DNA of 64,000 nt from the IMG/VR virus record IMGVR_UViG_3300013233_000137, positions 5,053 through 69,052 of that record, one strand, 5' to 3'. The first letter of the stretch is position 1. Each line of letters opens with the position of its first letter. A model generated the notes under the pieces. It did not search any database. It saw only the letters and a program-made list of their open reading frames with translations, and had not been told where the DNA came from. The stretch is from a virus. Positions 48,401 through 57,670 of this stretch are shown piece after piece. The position numbers were made by a program, and so were the translations under genes.

Positions 48401-49474
48401 CGTAGCCAGTGCCAATCTATTGGCCTGCTCAAGGAAACCAAAGACCTCTGCACCATGGGCAACCTGATTTGAGAGAGTCTGATAGGCCGCTTCAGTTTGA
48501 TTTAGTAAATCAATTCCAAAGGAATCACTAAGCTCCCTCAATCCTCTGGCCCATTCCTCTGTAGACAATTGGTTCTGCTGGGAGATCGTACGAACCTCTG
48601 CTATCTTAATACTGAATTCCGTGGCCCTTGTTATAGACTCCTTTAACTGACTAATAAAGGTGAAGAGCACACGGCGAATAGCCTGAGCCGCAATAATACG
48701 CAGCATAGACTTCCAAGATAACGTGAACTCCGCAAGCCGTTTACCGGTTTTCTGTAGACTTCGATCTAAGGTCGGAAGGTTACCAGAAATATTAGTTATC
48801 CGGCCATTAGTTCTTGTTATTGTAGCATTGAAAGTCTTACCTTGTGCATCTAAGCCTTTCCAGGTCTCGATAAGCCTATTATTACTTGTACTAATCCTCG
48901 GAATGATCTGTAGATTCTTGAGCAATCCGCGATTACGTAAATCAGTAAGTGCAGCAAATTGAGCAGTAGCCCTAGCTACCTGGGCTTCCAACTTCTTCTG
49001 GGCATTGATTTGGGCGTGAGTGGCAAATATTTCTTTGGTCTTGACACCGAGCAATTTACCTTCTGCATCGGCATCAATAGTGATCTTCTTTGCGGCACTA
49101 TCAAGACCTTTTATTTGTTGTTTAACTAATCTATTTTGTTCATCATATGCTTTATTTTGTTCCAGAATTGTCCCTATTAGCTTCTTCCGGATAGCATTGG
49201 CATTTGCAGCTTCCTTATTGCCCTTACCAGTTGAGGGACCTAATTTAGCTTGAGTCGCAAGAAGTTGCTCAATAGTTTTTATGAGATTAGAGAGGTTAGC
49301 AGTTTTATTCACTGATTCATTAAACAGAGCTGCTTGCTTAGTGAATACCTCCATAGCGGAGTTTACAGCTATTAAGGCATCTCTTAATGTATTTAATTTC
49401 GTAGCAGAGTCTCCGACATTGAAAACAATGTCGGCTCCAAACTGCTCAATGCCATACCATAATCTATATCTCAT
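45464..49474 (-). CDS. Tape measure protein
   Basis: 1336 aa, helical/coiled-coil, hydrophobic mid-segment, C-terminal DSIPAMLSPGEFV. Confidence 0.9.
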   Translation of the reverse strand: MRYRLWYGIEQFGADIVFNVGDSATKLNTLRDALIAVNSAMEVFTKQAALFNESVNKTANLSNLIKTIEQLLATQAKLGPSTGKGNKEAANANAIRKKLIGTILEQNKAYDEQNRLVKQQIKGLDSAAKKITIDADAEGKLLGVKTKEIFATHAQINAQKKLEAQVARATAQFAALTDLRNRGLLKNLQIIPRISTSNNRLIETWKGLDAQGKTFNATITRTNGRITNISGNLPTLDRSLQKTGKRLAEFTLSWKSMLRIIAAQAIRRVLFTFISQLKESITRATEFSIKIAEVRTISQQNQLSTEEWARGLRELSDSFGIDLLNQTEAAYQTLSNQVAHGAEVFGFLEQANRLALATVSDSATAVQFLTAIQNAYNFSLEETGKNAAKAFKIVELGRVRLNEMSQTIGQLAVPAKQLNIRFSELGAAVDTITKRGIPFNEAQTLLRNVMLSLIRPTDTMKGLIRELGFSSGEAMIAALGFGGALAEIEKRTKGSSTEIAKFFRRIRGTVGDMVFAGKGLKDYRENFKKIENAGKSFANAQKIIFQSAGKNIQVEVNKIKNFFTNDFGKDVVEVLSLVNRKLISLTTIVKTLASAFEIVLVPAIFLAIAATKTLKRALTSLNIAVVVASIIGGVLKVAIDSYTSSLEEAAKASEKFRLRQIEDAKKITDALVNNAFKSYDKIKTIALKAIAAIRSANFKLSDDQIALDKNIGKGIASAYGEVKKSLKAGLKGITDSIKEANKLADDAANRIVDLRRELERKLFEGVLGKIEDPTRQIEAIKARIKNLKLRTINVGVDKQAVDDARNAYKEIATLQTLIDNIQKGANKNSKRELELREKIKRADEDIAKVRRKQHSDELKALDKIRRASKSGEAVGITTKNGKTIVDTSNTRAQAADAARLQKQADSEQRIANLVKKRNDLVNQLTKTKKKEIGIGVKLFNIQSARLKLLKDQIKFEEELRIKAKKVTQEREAAAAIQRKNIADIQDAYVEVANITATGLVKEDDLKKQKKNIEDSLKSIKAFRETLAEKGAGLDEATRFRLEQKLADRRGQLNALLTANDNEQKLRGLDDQLKKRLEIIAKEKKALKTQGADAIARVEGVKNAITESVKTLLDRAVVPVTVKKDALKQLQSTFEDITATNIGALQDNLRKFERATGAIGATSLPSVDLIGKAIVSLHALQNKVVEAQKKTLEKGRESARTLKKIEAIQKKLGFSNVIKEELPKQTLTLVKILQELQKFNGTNPKTIGKAHGGQIGMDSIPAMLSPGEFVMNARSSKRFYSQLVAMNATPFARGGLVNNNVGDVNVSMQSSGNENYDVTKFGKLLRRQIRRGTLKLN

Positions 49475-49477
49475 AAT

Positions 49478-49996
49478 TTATCCTACACTTATGACTGTTT
49501 TAAGAAGAGGTTTCTGATTTAGTAAATCACGTAGAACAGGGAATAAAGTGCTTACAATATACTTCTCTGTTTCTTCTCCTGCTTCATCCAGTGTTTGCCA
49601 AGGTGTATTCTTTATCTCTGTAGCCTCTTCCTCATTCTCAAGTAAGTAGTTAATCCCATTATGTTTATTCAGATCTTCGACCCATGATCTAAGAGAAAAA
49701 CCATATTCCTTAGAGTCCTTGAAAAATCTAGCAGAGCCTTGTCCTATGCCTGTCTGTCTGGTTTTCCCTTTACGGTTAGGTTCTTGAATGTCTGGATACT
49801 GAATAGTTACACCTACAATTATGGCTGCACGTGTTAAAGAGGCTCTAGCTTGGCCAGTCCAAGTAGGTATTGAATAGGCAACCCCTTGAACAAAATATTG
49901 TGCTGCATCTTTTAACATGAAACGAATAACTTCATCTAAAAGATTTGGAAACTCAGGATTTATACTTGGCATCTTAGATCGAACTATCCACTTCAT
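49478..49996 (-). CDS. Neck/tail completion-like protein
   Basis: IPTWTGQARAS resembles the P..TG.L..S motif of HK97 gp10-like proteins. Confidence 0.5.
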   Translation of the reverse strand: MKWIVRSKMPSINPEFPNLLDEVIRFMLKDAAQYFVQGVAYSIPTWTGQARASLTRAAIIVGVTIQYPDIQEPNRKGKTRQTGIGQGSARFFKDSKEYGFSLRSWVEDLNKHNGINYLLENEEEATEIKNTPWQTLDEAGEETEKYIVSTLFPVLRDLLNQKPLLKTVISVG

Positions 49997-50223
49997 ATCT
50001 GAACCCCTTGAGAATTGGCCAAGATCTCCATCTCCTCATGCTCCCTGATCTGATTATATGCTATCAGGAGAGCTTGTGCCCATACATTACAGTCTTCCCA
50101 CTTATTATCAATACCTGTTGGCAAAACCGCAAAACGTTCACAGGCCCTCCATTCAGCATATGCCTCTTTCCGGAACTGGGGGAAGATAGCTTTCCTTACT
50201 CCTTCCCCTGACCAGCTAAAAAA
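49993..50223 (-). CDS. Tail assembly chaperone -1 frameshift extension (gpT-like)
   Basis: Slippery T-TTT-TTA at 50223-50217; -1 frame open to a TGA at 49993 that overlaps the next ATG. Confidence 0.75.
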   Translation of the reverse strand, partial: FFSWSGEGVRKAIFPQFRKEAYAEWRACERFAVLPTGIDNKWEDCNVWAQALLIAYNQIREHEEMEILANSQGVQI

Positions 50224-50660
50224 TGTTTCAGTGCCTCTTGAATCTTGACATCATTAAGACCTTGAGCCTGGGAGATCGCAGCCACAATGCGGAATATCTC
50301 GGACTCAGTGAAGAACGAGGCTTTAAGCTCTTCCTCGAACTTATCCCAAGTCTCTGGTTTCCCCATATCAATGGTGTTCCATTCCAGCCCCTCAGTGGCC
50401 TCAAGACTCTTTAGGCACATCCAGTTATATTTCAAAGTAGAATGCCTATTAACCTTCTCTAAATAGTCTTTGTCATTGATGTCTACAGACTTATCCCCAC
50501 CTGGACGAATAACCTCTGGAGGTTTAGGACTCGGGCAGAGTTTCTCGAATTCTGAGTAATCTAATACGGCCTGTGCTCTAAGGAAGAACTCCTCACCATT
50601 ACGAATGAAAGGAATAACTTCAACATTCGGACACTTAAACTCTGTACCATTAATCTTCAT
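50196..50660 (-). CDS. Tail assembly chaperone (gpG-like)
   Basis: Follows the tail tube gene and ends just after the slippery site. Confidence 0.75.
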   Translation of the reverse strand: MKINGTEFKCPNVEVIPFIRNGEEFFLRAQAVLDYSEFEKLCPSPKPPEVIRPGGDKSVDINDKDYLEKVNRHSTLKYNWMCLKSLEATEGLEWNTIDMGKPETWDKFEEELKASFFTESEIFRIVAAISQAQGLNDVKIQEALKHFLAGQGKE

Positions 50661-50684
50661 ATTATTTCCTCGGCTAGATAAAAT

Positions 50685-50724
50685 CCCTCCCAGAAATTGA
50701 TTTACTAAATCAATCCTGGGAGGG
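50685..50724 (-). terminator. Hairpin after the tail tube gene with the palindrome as apical stem
   Basis: CCCTCCCAG-(palindrome at 50698)-CTGGGAGGG then ATTTT on the minus strand. Confidence 0.6.
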
Positions 50725-50730
50725 TTAAAA

Positions 50731-51249
50731 TTACTGTCGGACATCTACCGCTTGAGTAGCATTACACTGACCAGTCACCGCTACAGTACCTGCACGCAGA
50801 TCATGTGCCAAACTTGTATAACGGAAATCTGGCAAAGTAATAACCTCATCAAGTTCTCCACCACAAGGAGGCACATAGTGGACCTCTACGTCCACAGCAA
50901 AGGGCTCACAAGGGTCACTTGAGCTACTAACCCAGGCTGAAGCCTCACCGCGCTGTTTAAGTACGTCTTCGATAGTTGGGGTACCAGCACCCGTGGTACT
51001 AACTGCCTTCAGAAATTCCCATGTGAAGTCAAAACGAACATCCATGGGCTCCTCATCCCCCTCTTTAACGGTATCAAGAACACTACGATTGAGAACGTAG
51101 TTGATATTCCGTTTCTCGTCATAGGTGAGATTTCCTTCACCAATCTTTACCTCGAGGGACTGCTGGGCAGAACCAGTGCCACCATCTTTAAGGTATACTG
51201 TGGCATTCTTCAAATCAATCTGTGCCCCATACCAATTTCTAATTCGCAT
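50731..51249 (-). CDS. Major tail tube protein
   Basis: Position before chaperone and tape measure; 172 aa; start MRIRNWYG after AGGAG. Confidence 0.7.
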   Translation of the reverse strand: MRIRNWYGAQIDLKNATVYLKDGGTGSAQQSLEVKIGEGNLTYDEKRNINYVLNRSVLDTVKEGDEEPMDVRFDFTWEFLKAVSTTGAGTPTIEDVLKQRGEASAWVSSSSDPCEPFAVDVEVHYVPPCGGELDEVITLPDFRYTSLAHDLRAGTVAVTGQCNATQAVDVRQ

Positions 51250-51253
51250 ATTC

Positions 51254-52039
51254 TTACTCCTTCGCAAGAACCATATGATAATGTCTCTCAATACTTGCCA
51301 TGAGGATATCATCTGATGGTTGTAATTGTCCAAAATGACTTATTTGAAGCCGTCTTCTGAAACCATCCATAGCATGTAAACATTCTATGAATGTGCTGTC
51401 ATCGAGAACTCCATTGCCATACTTATACACCTCAATATCATTAGTAAAAATTGCAGCTACAGCATCGGTAACTCGTCTAATAGCATGGAAATCTTGATCA
51501 CTTTTAGCCACTGTGACAATGGTGTTCACCTCAACAATCAAATCCCACCATCCCTTCTGATATTGCGTATAAAATGGCCCATCTACACGGAGTTCAAAGA
51601 ACTGTTGGAAATCTTGAGTCTGACGCTGTTCCCCTTCGAGAAACATATGTAGACTACCTCGATTTGCCTCGAAGTGTTGACAAATTGAAGCATAGCACCA
51701 TCGGCCCCAATTAGGGTCGATACCGCCACTCAAAGTACCCCCTGATATTACGAAGTCTACGGAGTCACTAACTGTCCCAGGTGAACCAGTGAGCATTATA
51801 CGTGCCGTATAATTCCCAGCAGCTAATCCTGTTATCTCAATAATACCGTCCCCAATTCTTGATCCAATTTGTCTCCATACACTCTTCCCCTGAAGAGTTA
51901 TAAGAAGACTATTGGTATAAATTGGTCCGGTATTGGATATTGTAGCAGTCGTACCTACGATATTAAGAATGGGAGTAGGTATGCTCGTGCCACTTTGACC
52001 TATAGCACGTAAGATTTGACCAAAGGTTGTAGGCATCAC
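51254..52039 (-). CDS. Tail terminator-like protein with extra N-terminal beta domain
   Basis: Directly upstream of the tail tube gene. Confidence 0.5.
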   Translation of the reverse strand: MMPTTFGQILRAIGQSGTSIPTPILNIVGTTATISNTGPIYTNSLLITLQGKSVWRQIGSRIGDGIIEITGLAAGNYTARIMLTGSPGTVSDSVDFVISGGTLSGGIDPNWGRWCYASICQHFEANRGSLHMFLEGEQRQTQDFQQFFELRVDGPFYTQYQKGWWDLIVEVNTIVTVAKSDQDFHAIRRVTDAVAAIFTNDIEVYKYGNGVLDDSTFIECLHAMDGFRRRLQISHFGQLQPSDDILMASIERHYHMVLAKE

Positions 52040-53076
52040 TACTCCAAGTAATTTCCAATTAAGTCATTGACACTAACTACATTAGTACCATCTGCCTGTG
52101 TCAAGTTCTTACGGTATAATTCAACGGCTGTTCCTCGCTGGTAATAGACGGCTTGCCAAGGTGTGGCCGTGGTATCTACTCCAACATCGCACTCTACCGA
52201 CTTCTGAATGGTACCTTGGTTGGCAAGCACCGTGGTTTGGTTTGCTGCGGTTGCGTATTCTGAAGCAAGCAAAGTCCTTGCTGTCATTTCCGCATTGGTC
52301 GGTCCATCGTATGAAAGCAAAGCAGAAGAACATTGTGCCAAAACGTCCGCAGTGGAAATATCATTAAGACCATTTACCAATGCAGCATTAGCAAGCACAT
52401 TATTATTGATAGTGGTCTGATTTGCATCAGTGGCGTAGTTTGCTGCCAGCAAAGTTCGTGCAACCATCTCAGCATTGGTCGGACCATCATATGTATTAAG
52501 CGCGGATGAGCATTGTGCTAAGACATCGCCGGTTGAAATATCGTTCAATGCATTTATCAAAACAGCATTGGCAAGAACATTGCCGTCTATTGTGGATTGC
52601 CCTGCTGCAGTCGCGTAACTAGCCGCAAGCAGAGTTCTGGCATTCATCTCTGCATTAGTTGGCCCATCGTACGTGTTCAATGCTGAGGTGCATTGTGCTA
52701 GGACATCGCCTGTGGAGATATTATTCAATGCATTTATCAGAACTGCATTCGCGGCAATCGAAGCATCAACATTGGCGCCTGGGAATGCGGTTGAGTCAGA
52801 AAGAATGGCATCCCGAATATCCGTCCTAAAACTATCATTCCCTGCAAACACATATCGGTCTGGCGCTGTCAATGCGGCAGTACCATCACACCGAATGGCG
52901 TAATCCAAGGTTGGGTCGTACGTAGTAAAATCATACTTATACCAACCGTCACCAATCTCGGTCATTGCAGCATCCGTCACCACCAATGCACCAGTAGCCA
53001 CATTACGAATTCTGATAGTGGGCGATAATCCTGTAGCCGGTGTGCCTGTATTAGTAAAGTATGCGACTATATTCAT
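52039..53076 (-). CDS. Virion protein with three 60-aa repeats
   Basis: ANA.L.N.LN.IST.DVLAQC.SAL..YDGPTNAEM.ARTLLA..YAT x3, 180-bp DNA period. Confidence 0.75.
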   Translation of the reverse strand: MNIVAYFTNTGTPATGLSPTIRIRNVATGALVVTDAAMTEIGDGWYKYDFTTYDPTLDYAIRCDGTAALTAPDRYVFAGNDSFRTDIRDAILSDSTAFPGANVDASIAANAVLINALNNISTGDVLAQCTSALNTYDGPTNAEMNARTLLAASYATAAGQSTIDGNVLANAVLINALNDISTGDVLAQCSSALNTYDGPTNAEMVARTLLAANYATDANQTTINNNVLANAALVNGLNDISTADVLAQCSSALLSYDGPTNAEMTARTLLASEYATAANQTTVLANQGTIQKSVECDVGVDTTATPWQAVYYQRGTAVELYRKNLTQADGTNVVSVNDLIGNYLE

Positions 53077-53082
53077 ATCAAA

Positions 53083-53262
53083 TTACCTCGCAATAAAAGA
53101 TACCTGTGGGACATTGCCTTGCTGACAAATCAGCATTGAGACGTTGAGCAGGATGCCGTCCGCTTCGGCTTCAGCCACCAACTTCTTGAGCCTGGCTGTA
53201 TATTCATCAACCAATTTTTGCTTCTGCTCCTGGATTATTTCTGTAGGTTTTTTCTCGCTCAT
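53083..53262 (-). CDS. Hypothetical protein (59 aa, not in ORF track)
   Basis: MSEKKPTEII...; AGGAG RBS, ATGA overlap. Confidence 0.55.
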   Translation of the reverse strand: MSEKKPTEIIQEQKQKLVDEYTARLKKLVAEAEADGILLNVSMLICQQGNVPQVSFIAR

Positions 53263-53681
53263 ATGTCTATCGCTCCTGAGAATTTGTTGGCGTCGATCTG
53301 CTTCTTGGTGACGTCAACTTCAGCACCATCGACCAAAACATACACAGTCCCATCCGCGCGTTGAGTGCCTTGCTCAACTGGATATTCATTGGCGTTGACA
53401 TCAACCCAGATGATATTATTAGATGCGTCAATAGCATCGGTCATCTGAGGTTTTTTGATCTCTGTGTATACGTCCGACATAGCAACCAATTCTGCAACGG
53501 GAAACGTCACAACCTGCTCACTATAGATAATAGCATTGAGATCCGCTTGGCGGGTTGCAGAATCTTTATACAGATCAAGACGAACTGTAAGACTGCCTGC
53601 AAACCGGTCATAAACAATCAGGCCAATTCTCCAATAGTTTGCGATAAACCCCTTGATTGTTTCCTGTAATTGCAATGCCAT
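53259..53681 (-). CDS. Hypothetical fibre-associated protein
   Basis: ORF with AGGAGA RBS. Confidence 0.6.
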   Translation of the reverse strand: MALQLQETIKGFIANYWRIGLIVYDRFAGSLTVRLDLYKDSATRQADLNAIIYSEQVVTFPVAELVAMSDVYTEIKKPQMTDAIDASNNIIWVDVNANEYPVEQGTQRADGTVYVLVDGAEVDVTKKQIDANKFSGAIDI

Positions 53682-53689
53682 TTTATCTC

Positions 53690-54682
53690 CTATACAATAC
53701 TGGTTATTAGGCCATTGGTGACCGTGACAGTTTTGCCGTCAGTCGTTGTGAATGTTCCACTTGCTCCAGCCACACCGCCAACTTGATATGCCACAGCATT
53801 TGCAGTACCGAGTATGTCTGCAATACCTGTGCCGACTTCTTTTGGATTTATCTTGAGGTCAGTGCCATCATAATAAATTGAGGCATCTGCATTCTGCCCA
53901 AACATGACTTTGGCGTTATCTGTAAAATATGCACCACCCCATTTACCAGTTACAAGATCTCCTGTATGTTTTCCAAGTTTTCCTGTTATGGCTTGAGGGT
54001 ATATTGAGGCCCCATAGGTAGTATCCTCATAAAAATGGAACATATTCATTGCACCACTTGACCGCCCAAATATAATATCAGCAGGATTCGCATCAGTGCC
54101 CGTAGCCTCTGTCATAAACTGAGGTCCACTGGGAAGAATACCTAACCTTGTCCCAGTGGCACCTGCAGTGGTTTGAAACCAAATCACACCAAGTGTATTT
54201 GTCTGTAGTACCCCGCCTGCAAATATTCCACCAGTCCCCGAATTCGAGAAATCCAGCATGCCAATATCGGCACCAAAAGACCCCAATCCAGTAGCAACAT
54301 TAAAGCTGCATATCTCATTGACGCCGGATTTGATCCTCACTACCTTGGCGCCGGTAGTCCCTAGATTATTAGTTGCAATTAAATCAAAACCAATTGCACT
54401 CGCGCCATCAACTACATCTGTCCTGGCCTGGAATGTATATGCACCTGCTTGGATTGCACCCGCTTGATTCGATACTTGAATCGGGTCTGACGCAATGATT
54501 AACCCACGTGTTGCATGAGCAGTGGATTGTAGCGTAAGATTCTCGCCTGCTGCAATGCCGCCAATCTGTACTTGCCCTCCTGCTCGTCCTGCAAGCAGAG
54601 TATATTGAGTATGGTCATCATCAGCCAAACCAATGAGCACGCCATGGTCAAGATTAGATGTAGGCTTTCGCGTGATTATCAT
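53690..54682 (-). CDS. Fibre/decoration protein
   Basis: DHG.L.GLADDDHTQY N-terminus, Gly-rich body, GKTVTVTNGLITSI C-terminus. Confidence 0.65.
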   Translation of the reverse strand: MIITRKPTSNLDHGVLIGLADDDHTQYTLLAGRAGGQVQIGGIAAGENLTLQSTAHATRGLIIASDPIQVSNQAGAIQAGAYTFQARTDVVDGASAIGFDLIATNNLGTTGAKVVRIKSGVNEICSFNVATGLGSFGADIGMLDFSNSGTGGIFAGGVLQTNTLGVIWFQTTAGATGTRLGILPSGPQFMTEATGTDANPADIIFGRSSGAMNMFHFYEDTTYGASIYPQAITGKLGKHTGDLVTGKWGGAYFTDNAKVMFGQNADASIYYDGTDLKINPKEVGTGIADILGTANAVAYQVGGVAGASGTFTTTDGKTVTVTNGLITSIV

Positions 54683-55104
54683 TACACCACTCCAAGAGAG
54701 TCTATTAAAGCTATTTTTGATATGTCAGACATCACATTCATATGAGGATATTTTCTTTTATATTCCTTACGTATCTTCTCGCTCCTTGAGTAGGCTACAT
54801 ACGGAATATTCGTATCTTCTATCTCCTCTACTACTCTTTGATTTACTAAATCAATATTAACTAGGGCACAAATTATATCTTTTTGATTGCGGCGTAAAAC
54901 AAAGATCGCATCTTCATTGGTATCGGCACATTTACTATCCATATTGCGGTAGCTAAGAGCCTTCCTTAAATAGGAACTTACGCTCCAATCATTATCTACT
55001 ATAAGGCAAAATCCTTCTGTGCAAGTCATCTGACGAATTATTACACGCGTATTTTGAGCCTTCAAGAAATAGGAGTCCACGATCTTTTTATCAAGCATCT
55101 TCAA
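54682..55104 (-). CDS. Degenerate response-regulator receiver-like protein
   Basis: CLIVDND, ALVNIDL, IPYVAYS spaced as in the REC fold. Confidence 0.5.
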   Translation of the reverse strand: MKMLDKKIVDSYFLKAQNTRVIIRQMTCTEGFCLIVDNDWSVSSYLRKALSYRNMDSKCADTNEDAIFVLRRNQKDIICALVNIDLVNQRVVEEIEDTNIPYVAYSRSEKIRKEYKRKYPHMNVMSDISKIALIDSLGVV

Positions 55105-55315
55105 CCCTCGTGCAAGCAGTCATAACATCTTTAACTTCTACCATAAGGCCATTACAAGCGCGTACTAACTCAGCTAAACTCCCCATTAATTCTTTACTCT
55201 CGGAGAGTAGGGACTCGACTTGACCTTGTTGGCGAATATTTTGTTTATATAAAACCCCTATTGTTGCGGCCAGAGCACCTACAACAGAGAGTATAACTGA
55301 TAAAGGTATCATCAT
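55091..55315 (-). CDS. Small membrane protein with coiled coil
   Basis: N-terminal TM helix. Confidence 0.55.
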   Translation of the reverse strand: MMIPLSVILSVVGALAATIGVLYKQNIRQQGQVESLLSESKELMGSLAELVRACNGLMVEVKDVMTACTRVEDA

Positions 55316-55330
55316 GATGGTCGTTCCTTA

Positions 55331-55615
55331 TTATTGGCTAATACGTACAACTGCATTTCCACTGATGTACTCCCCGGACTTGAAACCTATACGGTAATGT
55401 ATACCTTGTTCTGGATCATCACCTACTTTTTGACCACTGGCAGTGAATTGGTATATATCATACCAGTTTGCCCCATCGAAAGAACGTTGGAGGGTTATTG
55501 TTCCAGCCCATGTTCCAGCTACAGAAACATTAAAGGTCGAAGCAGGTAACTGTACTACGGCCCACTGATCTGCACCAGTAAGCGTGGCTTCAACCTCTGC
55601 AATTGCATTACTCAT
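55331..55615 (-). CDS. Small beta-sandwich virion protein
   Basis: VSVAGTWAGTITLQRSFDG. Confidence 0.6.
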   Translation of the reverse strand: MSNAIAEVEATLTGADQWAVVQLPASTFNVSVAGTWAGTITLQRSFDGANWYDIYQFTASGQKVGDDPEQGIHYRIGFKSGEYISGNAVVRISQ

Positions 55616-56100
55616 GATTGTGCTCCCTCGAAAAATGTTATTTGGGCATTCATTGTTTTATTATGCCATTCAAATGGCAAGGCATTCTCTGTCTCATTGG
55701 CGGTGAAGTACACCGCAAGTCTATGGTCATAGAAGTTTATTTCCTTCATCTCAAAACGTCTATGCTCATATACTACGCTCCAACCAAGGTCGATAGTTTT
55801 ATCTTTTGGGACATCACGCAGTTCAATAATGAAATCTCTAACTCCTAAGTCATAATAAGCACCATATTGGAAGTTCTTATTTGCCGCCAAGAAAGTTAAG
55901 TCATACGAGAATTTACGCGTAAGTCTTTTCGGAAGCAAAATAGCTCGCTTTACAGGTATGACCTCATAGGACTTAACTACCTCTCCAGTCTTTACATCAT
56001 TACTAACACTTGTGACCTTATACAGATATACCTTTGTGCCATACTCTCTCTTGAGTCGGTACAAAACGCGTCGCATTTGGATTTTGCCTGTATAAGACAT
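55612..56100 (-). CDS. Head closure-like protein
   Basis: First gene after the capsid gene; start MSYTGK. Confidence 0.55.
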   Translation of the reverse strand: MSYTGKIQMRRVLYRLKREYGTKVYLYKVTSVSNDVKTGEVVKSYEVIPVKRAILLPKRLTRKFSYDLTFLAANKNFQYGAYYDLGVRDFIIELRDVPKDKTIDLGWSVVYEHRRFEMKEINFYDHRLAVYFTANETENALPFEWHNKTMNAQITFFEGAQS

Positions 56101-56108
56101 ACTATTCC

Positions 56109-56231
56109 TTTTGATTTGGCCTCGGCCTTCTTTTGATTTGGCCTTGGCCTTCTTTTGATTTGGTAAATCAATGGCCGCGTAGCGGCGTAAATCAATGGGC
56201 CGCGTAGCGGCGTAAAGAAACGCCGCGTAGC
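56109..56231. repeat. Half-site array around TGATTTGGTAAATCA (56156)
   Basis: TGATTT at 56112, 56134, 56156; AAATCA at 56165, 56189; GC-rich spacers. Confidence 0.88.
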
Positions 56232-56240
56232 AGAAAATGG

Positions 56241-56268
56241 TGGGAGGCCGACCTGGGCCGGCCTCCCA
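56241..56268 (-). terminator. Terminator-like hairpin after the capsid gene
   Basis: TGGGAGGCCG...CGGCCTCCCA. Confidence 0.65.
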
Positions 56269-56278
56269 GCCGATGGCA

Positions 56279-57661
56279 CTAGCCGAGGAGCACAGCACCA
56301 AGATTCGTATCCAGAACCTTCACGCCACCCAGCAGATCGACAGTAACCAAATGACCCTGGTTATTGCCATCATAGGTGATGGTGGTACGAATTGCAATAT
56401 TATTGTAATTCGCAACAGCAGAAAGGGCACCAGCACCAGGACGCGGAGTCGCAAGAGGCCGACTGACAAAGGCAATGGCATTCCGATGGAAAGCGAAGTT
56501 ATAGCTTCCAGCAGGACCAATATTCACGGTGACATTATCAGCAATAGCAGCTTCCAGAGGACGATCAAGAGTGATACCAGTAGTACCAGTAACATCAATA
56601 ATCGTGTATACAGCAGTCGCAGTTGAAGTACCGAATGCCACAAACTGTCCAACCTGTGGAGCAACTGAGAACCCGTCAACGACAATTTCCTTGGCCCAAT
56701 TAGCAGCATAGCCCGCTACCAAATTAACTGCCCCAGGGGTATAGATGGTGATGACTGCATTATCTACAACCGCAGTCTTCAGACCAGTCAGAACAGTAAT
56801 GGCAGTCGGGGTAGCACCACCAACGGTGGACACAACTCGCAGAGGAGTCATATCGCCTGCAATGGTGATATAGCTACCTGCCGAGATCGCTGCACTGAAA
56901 CCATCAACCGTAAAGGTCTTGACTCCAACTGCATACCCTGCAGCATTGTTAATTGCCCCGGTAACAGTGGTATTACCAATTGAGACATAAGGCATATTCT
57001 GAGCCATGAAGTTATTAAAGCCCAGTTTACGCCCCATGCTCGCTTCCCGCAATGCCGTACCATTGTCTCCAACCTTATCAGCGGTGAGGAAGATATCGGT
57101 ATTAAGGGCTTCAGTCTCGCCATCAGAGTTCCAAATGAGGTTACGGCCATTGACAAACGCCTTATTCTCATTCATAACCTTACGAGTATCAAGCATATAC
57201 TGCTTAGCAGTGGTACTTGAAAGGCCACCAAGAATACCTGCACTGTTCGCAAGGAACTGAGGATACTGACCAAGCACGACCTGATCAAGGGCACTGGCAA
57301 TGGAGATGACCGCGGGCTCCAAATGGGTGGTGACCAGGTCCTTCATGGACTTCGATTCCTCACCGTCATAAATCATGAAACTGGTATGGAAATGCTGGTC
57401 CAACTTGACCTGAATATCAGTGGTATTCGCAGCCTGAACGGTGACCGAATCTGAATCAGTTTTCCGTTTAGCAGTAAAAGACCCGGGTTGACTGGTGTGA
57501 ACCATATCGCCAAACCTCGCAATCTCATCAGAGAAATCGCGGTGAACCAAATTGGTAACCACCATATTCTCAGTCAGAATTGCGAGTGCCTCATTCGACC
57601 AGATCTCCGGAATGAGGGCATCATTAGAGTTACCATACCACAGTCTGTTACGTTTGAACAT
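56279..57661 (-). CDS. Major capsid protein (P22-coat-like, with inserted beta domains)
   Basis: LIPEIWS, LVHRDFS, GDMV, NFAFHRNAIAFVSRPL, DLLGGVK. Confidence 0.88.
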   Translation of the reverse strand: MFKRNRLWYGNSNDALIPEIWSNEALAILTENMVVTNLVHRDFSDEIARFGDMVHTSQPGSFTAKRKTDSDSVTVQAANTTDIQVKLDQHFHTSFMIYDGEESKSMKDLVTTHLEPAVISIASALDQVVLGQYPQFLANSAGILGGLSSTTAKQYMLDTRKVMNENKAFVNGRNLIWNSDGETEALNTDIFLTADKVGDNGTALREASMGRKLGFNNFMAQNMPYVSIGNTTVTGAINNAAGYAVGVKTFTVDGFSAAISAGSYITIAGDMTPLRVVSTVGGATPTAITVLTGLKTAVVDNAVITIYTPGAVNLVAGYAANWAKEIVVDGFSVAPQVGQFVAFGTSTATAVYTIIDVTGTTGITLDRPLEAAIADNVTVNIGPAGSYNFAFHRNAIAFVSRPLATPRPGAGALSAVANYNNIAIRTTITYDGNNQGHLVTVDLLGGVKVLDTNLGAVLLG

Positions 57662-57670
57662 GTTGCTCTC

